In this document: one piece after another, positions 28,639 to 32,000 of the stretch
Position numbering within the stretch: the first letter of the stretch is position 1
Layout: each line of letters starts with the position of its first letter
DNA from: Xylanibacter ruminicola 23
GTDB taxonomy: Bacteria; Bacteroidota; Bacteroidia; Bacteroidales; Bacteroidaceae
Assembly: GCF_000025925.1 (NCBI RefSeq)
Contig: NC_014033.1
Location: forward strand, 360,001 to 392,000
Reading direction: 5' to 3'
Length of the DNA: 32,000 nucleotides
Translations under genes and position numbers: made by a program
The notes under the pieces: generated by a model
Databases searched by the model: none
What the model saw: the letters and a program-made list of their open reading frames with translations, nothing else
Told to the model about the DNA's origin: nothing

Positions 28639-29777
28639 GATTGTTTTCCTCCTTTCTTGACTTTCTTTTCTGTTACCTCTATTCCGTCGGTTACAAATCC
28701 GGCTCCCTCGGCAATGATAGAATCGCCTTGCTCAAGACCGGCCGTCACAACAAAGTTTTGTCCGTCATTATAAGGCAAAATTGTCACCTCCGTTTCCACT
28801 GCCTTCCCATCGACCACTTTATAGACGAGATATTTATTGTGGATATCAACGACCGCTTCCTGTGGAATGACAACGACATGGTGCTGGATGTAGGGTAATT
28901 CGATATAGCCGTTACTGCCATTACGCAATCTCTCCGTGGGATTATGGAAGGAAGCACGTATATAAGTGGCACCATTGTTCAGATCAATGGTTCCACTGAT
29001 GACATCAATATGTCCCTTTTCCTCTAACTTATAGCCCCAATTGCTATAAAACGTGACAGGTGGCAGCTTTTCAAGAAGCTCGTCGGCAGAGTTACAGTTG
29101 AAGTCCTTAAGAAGTTCAGAGAGTGTCTCCTCAGAGAGGGCACCATATGCATGGAGATTGTTGTTGTCTGAAACGATTACCATGTGGTTTTCGCCGTCGG
29201 TTTCAACAAGATCACCCACACGGTATTCAATCATACCTATGGTGCCATCGACAGGACTACAGATCGTAGTGTAGTCCAATTGGGTACGCGCAGATTCTAA
29301 TTCAGCCAGTGCCGCTTCCAACTGTGAATAGGCTTCTTCCTTAGCATGACGGGCACGAAGCAGGTCGGACTCCCCCACCATTTTTTGTGCATATAGCTTC
29401 TCCTTGCCATCTAAGTTCAACTGGGCAGAGGAGAGTGCAACGCGAGCAGTGGACACCTGAGCTTTGGCGGCATCAACAGCAGCAATATAAGGGCTTTGGT
29501 CGATAACGAATAGCGGCTGCCCCTTCTTTACATGAGCACCTTCCTTTACTAAAATCTTAACAAGTCGTCCACTGACAAGTGGGCGAACATATATACTATG
29601 TAAAGATTCCATCTTCACAATAAAGTTGCGAGTCAGGGTGATGTCTTGCCGCTGCACACGCAACAGGCGGTAACAATCCTTCACCGTGGGTGTGGCCTCT
29701 TCACCACAGTTGCTGCAGAGTATCGACAGAGTCAGCACGGCAACTACAGATATAACATGGTATAATCTATGATGCAT
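28635..29777 (-). CDS. RND efflux periplasmic adaptor (membrane fusion protein), paralog proximal to the pump
   Basis: Signal/lipobox region VVAVLTLSILCSNCG. Lipoyl-like VKKGQPLFVIDQSPY, coiled-coil hairpin AAKAQVSTARVALSSAQLNLDGKEKLYAQKMVGESDLLRARHA, and SPVDGTIG. A 4-nt ATGA overlap joins it to the pump gene. Confidence 0.88.
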   Translation of the reverse strand: MHHRLYHVISVVAVLTLSILCSNCGEEATPTVKDCYRLLRVQRQDITLTRNFIVKMESLHSIYVRPLVSGRLVKILVKEGAHVKKGQPLFVIDQSPYIAAVDAAKAQVSTARVALSSAQLNLDGKEKLYAQKMVGESDLLRARHAKEEAYSQLEAALAELESARTQLDYTTICSPVDGTIGMIEYRVGDLVETDGENHMVIVSDNNNLHAYGALSEETLSELLKDFNCNSADELLEKLPPVTFYSNWGYKLEEKGHIDVISGTIDLNNGATYIRASFHNPTERLRNGSNGYIELPYIQHHVVVIPQEAVVDIHNKYLVYKVVDGKAVETEVTILPYNDGQNFVVTAGLEQGDSIIAEGAGFVTDGIEVTEKKVKKGGKQS

Positions 29778-29789
29778 AACAGATTGTAT

Positions 29790-30920
29790 TTAAAGTTCTT
29801 TCTTTCCTGTTTCCTGGGCAACAGCCATTCCCTCAGTCACCATTCCGGCTTTCTCGGCAATGATGACATCGCCGTCATTCAGCCCACTGCTCACCACATA
29901 GTCCTCATCGTTGGCAGAAATGCCCTTCACCTCTGTAGAGACGGCTCTGCCATCGACGATACGATAAACAAAACATTTGTCCTGAATGTGGATGGTGGCA
30001 TCCTGCGGTATAACAAAGACCCCATGCTTTGTGGTTGGCAGCACTACATATCCATTACTACCGTTGCGGAACATCTCCGAAGGGTTGTCAAACGACGCCC
30101 GGATAAGGACGGATCCTGTCGAGATGTCTGCTTCACCGCTAACGGCATCGAAGTGCCCTTTCTGCGGAAGTTCTTCACCCCAGGTAGTATAGAGCGAGAC
30201 AGGAGGCAACTTTTTCAGCAGTTCGTCGGAAGTACTGCAGCCGTACTCATCGAACAAGTTCACGAGCAATTCCTCTGACAACGTGACATAAGCATAGATA
30301 TGCTTGTTGGCCGCTACGGTGGCAATAGGCAGACTGCTGGTAGGGAACACGACATTATCTTCGAGGAAATTCAGAATACTAATGGTTCCGTCAACAGGGC
30401 TGTAGATGGTAGTGTAATTCAGGTTGGAACGCGCAGATGCCAGTTCCGCCTGGGCAGCCTCGAGTTGGGCCGCAGCATCTTCTTTGGCATAACGCGCCCG
30501 GAGTAGGTCATTCTCACCCACCATCTGCTGTGCATAGAGCTTCTCTTTACCATCTAAGTTCAGTTGCGCCGTGGAGAGTGCAGCACGGGCTGTCCTCACC
30601 TTGGCTTTTGCGGCATTGGCAGCAGCGATGTAGGGAGCTTGGTCGATGATGAAGAGCGGCTGCCCTTTCTTCACGCGACTACCTTCCTTCACGCAAACCT
30701 TCTTCAATGTCCCTCCAATAAGAGCACACACATCCACATTCTCTTTGCCCTCTATCTTTGCCACAAACCGGCGCTCTAACGTGTAGTTCTGTTTCTCTAC
30801 ACGCAACGTCTTATATGTGTTGGCGGGGCTGGATGCTGTTTCCCCGCAGCCGGTCACCAATGTCTGTATGCACAAAAGCATCAGAAAGCTCCATAAAGTG
30901 TATCGTGAAAATCTTTTCAT
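29790..30920 (-). CDS. RND efflux periplasmic adaptor (membrane fusion protein), second paralog
   Basis: Lipobox LVTGC. VKKGQPLFIIDQAPY, AAKAKVRTARAALSTAQLNLDGKEKLYAQQMVGENDLLRARYA, SPVDGTIS. By eye about 55-60% identical to the neighbouring adaptor. Confidence 0.88.
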   Translation of the reverse strand: MKRFSRYTLWSFLMLLCIQTLVTGCGETASSPANTYKTLRVEKQNYTLERRFVAKIEGKENVDVCALIGGTLKKVCVKEGSRVKKGQPLFIIDQAPYIAAANAAKAKVRTARAALSTAQLNLDGKEKLYAQQMVGENDLLRARYAKEDAAAQLEAAQAELASARSNLNYTTIYSPVDGTISILNFLEDNVVFPTSSLPIATVAANKHIYAYVTLSEELLVNLFDEYGCSTSDELLKKLPPVSLYTTWGEELPQKGHFDAVSGEADISTGSVLIRASFDNPSEMFRNGSNGYVVLPTTKHGVFVIPQDATIHIQDKCFVYRIVDGRAVSTEVKGISANDEDYVVSSGLNDGDVIIAEKAGMVTEGMAVAQETGKKEL

Positions 30921-32000
30921 ACTTTATTATTTTGAATGTTCTTGTAATTCTGAAGCAATTTGAATAGGATGATCACTGTTACAGTTCCAACCACGACATC
31001 AGTCGCAGGCTGTGCCAGGAATACACCCATATCGGCATGATCTGTCAGTAGGCGAGGCAGGAGCCAAACAAAAGGTACAAGCAGAAGCAATGTACGTGAG
31101 ATGCCTATCCAGAAAGTGAGTACGGGCCGGTTCATGGCCTGCAGCGTACACTGGCTGGCAAACTGCACTGTAGCCACGAAGAACACCACGAACGAGAGGC
31201 GAACCATCGGTACGGCGTAGTCCACCATAGGACCATCGCCAACAACCAATCGTACCACCGGCTCTGTCAGGATCATCATCAACAGGCACACCATCATGGA
31301 CCATACTAATGTAAATGCGAGCAACAACTTGACATTGTCCCATACCCGCTGCCATTTTCCAGCCCCCAGATTATAACTCGTTATTGGTTGGGAACCATAA
31401 GCCATGCCACGGACAGGAAAGAAAAGGAAGTCGTGAAGCATGATGACGAGTGCCATCGTGCCAACGCCCCAATCGCCAGCCAGATGGTAGAGTGTCTGGT
31501 TGTAAACGCCCATCTGCGCTGTTTCGGCCAGCATCATCGCCATGGGTGCTGTTCCCAAAGCCAGGCAAGGCACTATATGCCGCCAGTCCAGACTCAGAAG
31601 CTTCATCCGGATCCGCAGATTGCCCACACGTGCAAGCATCACAATAGCGACGACGGCAGAAGTTACCTCAGCCACAGTGGTAGCCCATGCTGCTCCGGCT
31701 ATACCCCAACCAAACAGGAATATAAAGATGGGGTCGAGTATCATGTTAATCACGATACCAGACCCGATTACAAAGAGTGCTTCGTTGGAGTATCCCTGAA
31801 CGAGCAGAAACGGTGCCAGCATGCTTGATATGATGCATGCCGCATTGCCGGGGGTGGAAATGCGCAGATAGCACTCGGCCATGGCAGCTGTCTGTGGACT
31901 ACCGCCAAAAATACGTATAAGTTCGGGGCAGAATACTTCTACTAAAAGCAAGGTGAGTATGGCTAACAAAATACTGAACGCCATCATGCTGCCAAGTGTG
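30917..32000 (-). CDS. MATE family efflux transporter, 5' end beyond the window
   Basis: The frame is open to the window edge. The 356 visible residues are polytopic and match the C-terminal two-thirds of MATE/NorM-like proteins (GWGIAGAAWATTVAE, MAYGSQPITSYNLGAGK). Its TGA overlaps the adaptor ATG (ATGA). Confidence 0.82.
   Translation of the reverse strand, partial: TLGSMMAFSILLAILTLLLVEVFCPELIRIFGGSPQTAAMAECYLRISTPGNAACIISSMLAPFLLVQGYSNEALFVIGSGIVINMILDPIFIFLFGWGIAGAAWATTVAEVTSAVVAIVMLARVGNLRIRMKLLSLDWRHIVPCLALGTAPMAMMLAETAQMGVYNQTLYHLAGDWGVGTMALVIMLHDFLFFPVRGMAYGSQPITSYNLGAGKWQRVWDNVKLLLAFTLVWSMMVCLLMMILTEPVVRLVVGDGPMVDYAVPMVRLSFVVFFVATVQFASQCTLQAMNRPVLTFWIGISRTLLLLVPFVWLLPRLLTDHADMGVFLAQPATDVVVGTVTVIILFKLLQNYKNIQNNKV

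Noticed and set aside
18974-32000. Possibility that the accessory operon is a tRNA-Phe-integrated genomic island
   Set aside because: I see no integrase, recombinase or transposase gene. I could not spot a direct repeat of the tRNA 3' end downstream. There is no obvious compositional break by eye. A housekeeping-type kinase gene lies between the tRNA and the operon, and the far boundary is outside the window. The idea cannot be supported from this sequence alone.

Overview
The window looks like a Bacteroidales (Prevotella-like) chromosome. Supporting this are repeated TTTG-N20-TAnnTTTG promoter boxes, the absence of Shine-Dalgarno sites, a lipoprotein Omp85 partner next to TamB, and the GroEL sequence type. 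Positions 1-20010 form a plus-strand housekeeping block: tamB (5' truncated), a TamL-like Omp85 lipoprotein, a nucleotidyltransferase, nrnA, a lipoprotein, glmM, a membrane protein, groES-groEL, sppA, lpxK, a purine nucleoside phosphorylase, thiL, tRNA-Phe(GAA) and a Fumble-family type II pantothenate kinase. Positions 20015-32000 are different in kind. They hold one tightly coupled minus-strand operon of at least eight genes: a MATE exporter (5' end off-window), two paralogous periplasmic adaptors, an RND pump fused in frame to a NodT-type outer-membrane factor (1502 aa), a free-standing NRPS-type condensation domain (HHxxxDG), two tandem homospermidine-synthase/saccharopine-dehydrogenase-like paralogs, and a GNAT acetyltransferase. 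I read this operon as a candidate, apparently undescribed biosynthesis-plus-export system for a polyamine-derived secreted metabolite. Its pump is unusual because it encodes RND and OMF as a single ORF. Smaller oddities are a promoter-plus-terminator unit that looks like an unannotated ~90-nt sRNA (13798-13927), a 9-copy heptanucleotide tandem repeat upstream of the pantothenate kinase gene, a palindrome and a sigma-54-like box upstream of groES where no canonical promoter or CIRCE element is visible, and a 116-nt lpxK/PNP overlap. I saw no CRISPR array, transposase, integrase or rRNA. All functional calls rest on motif recognition by eye and from memory; no searches were run.
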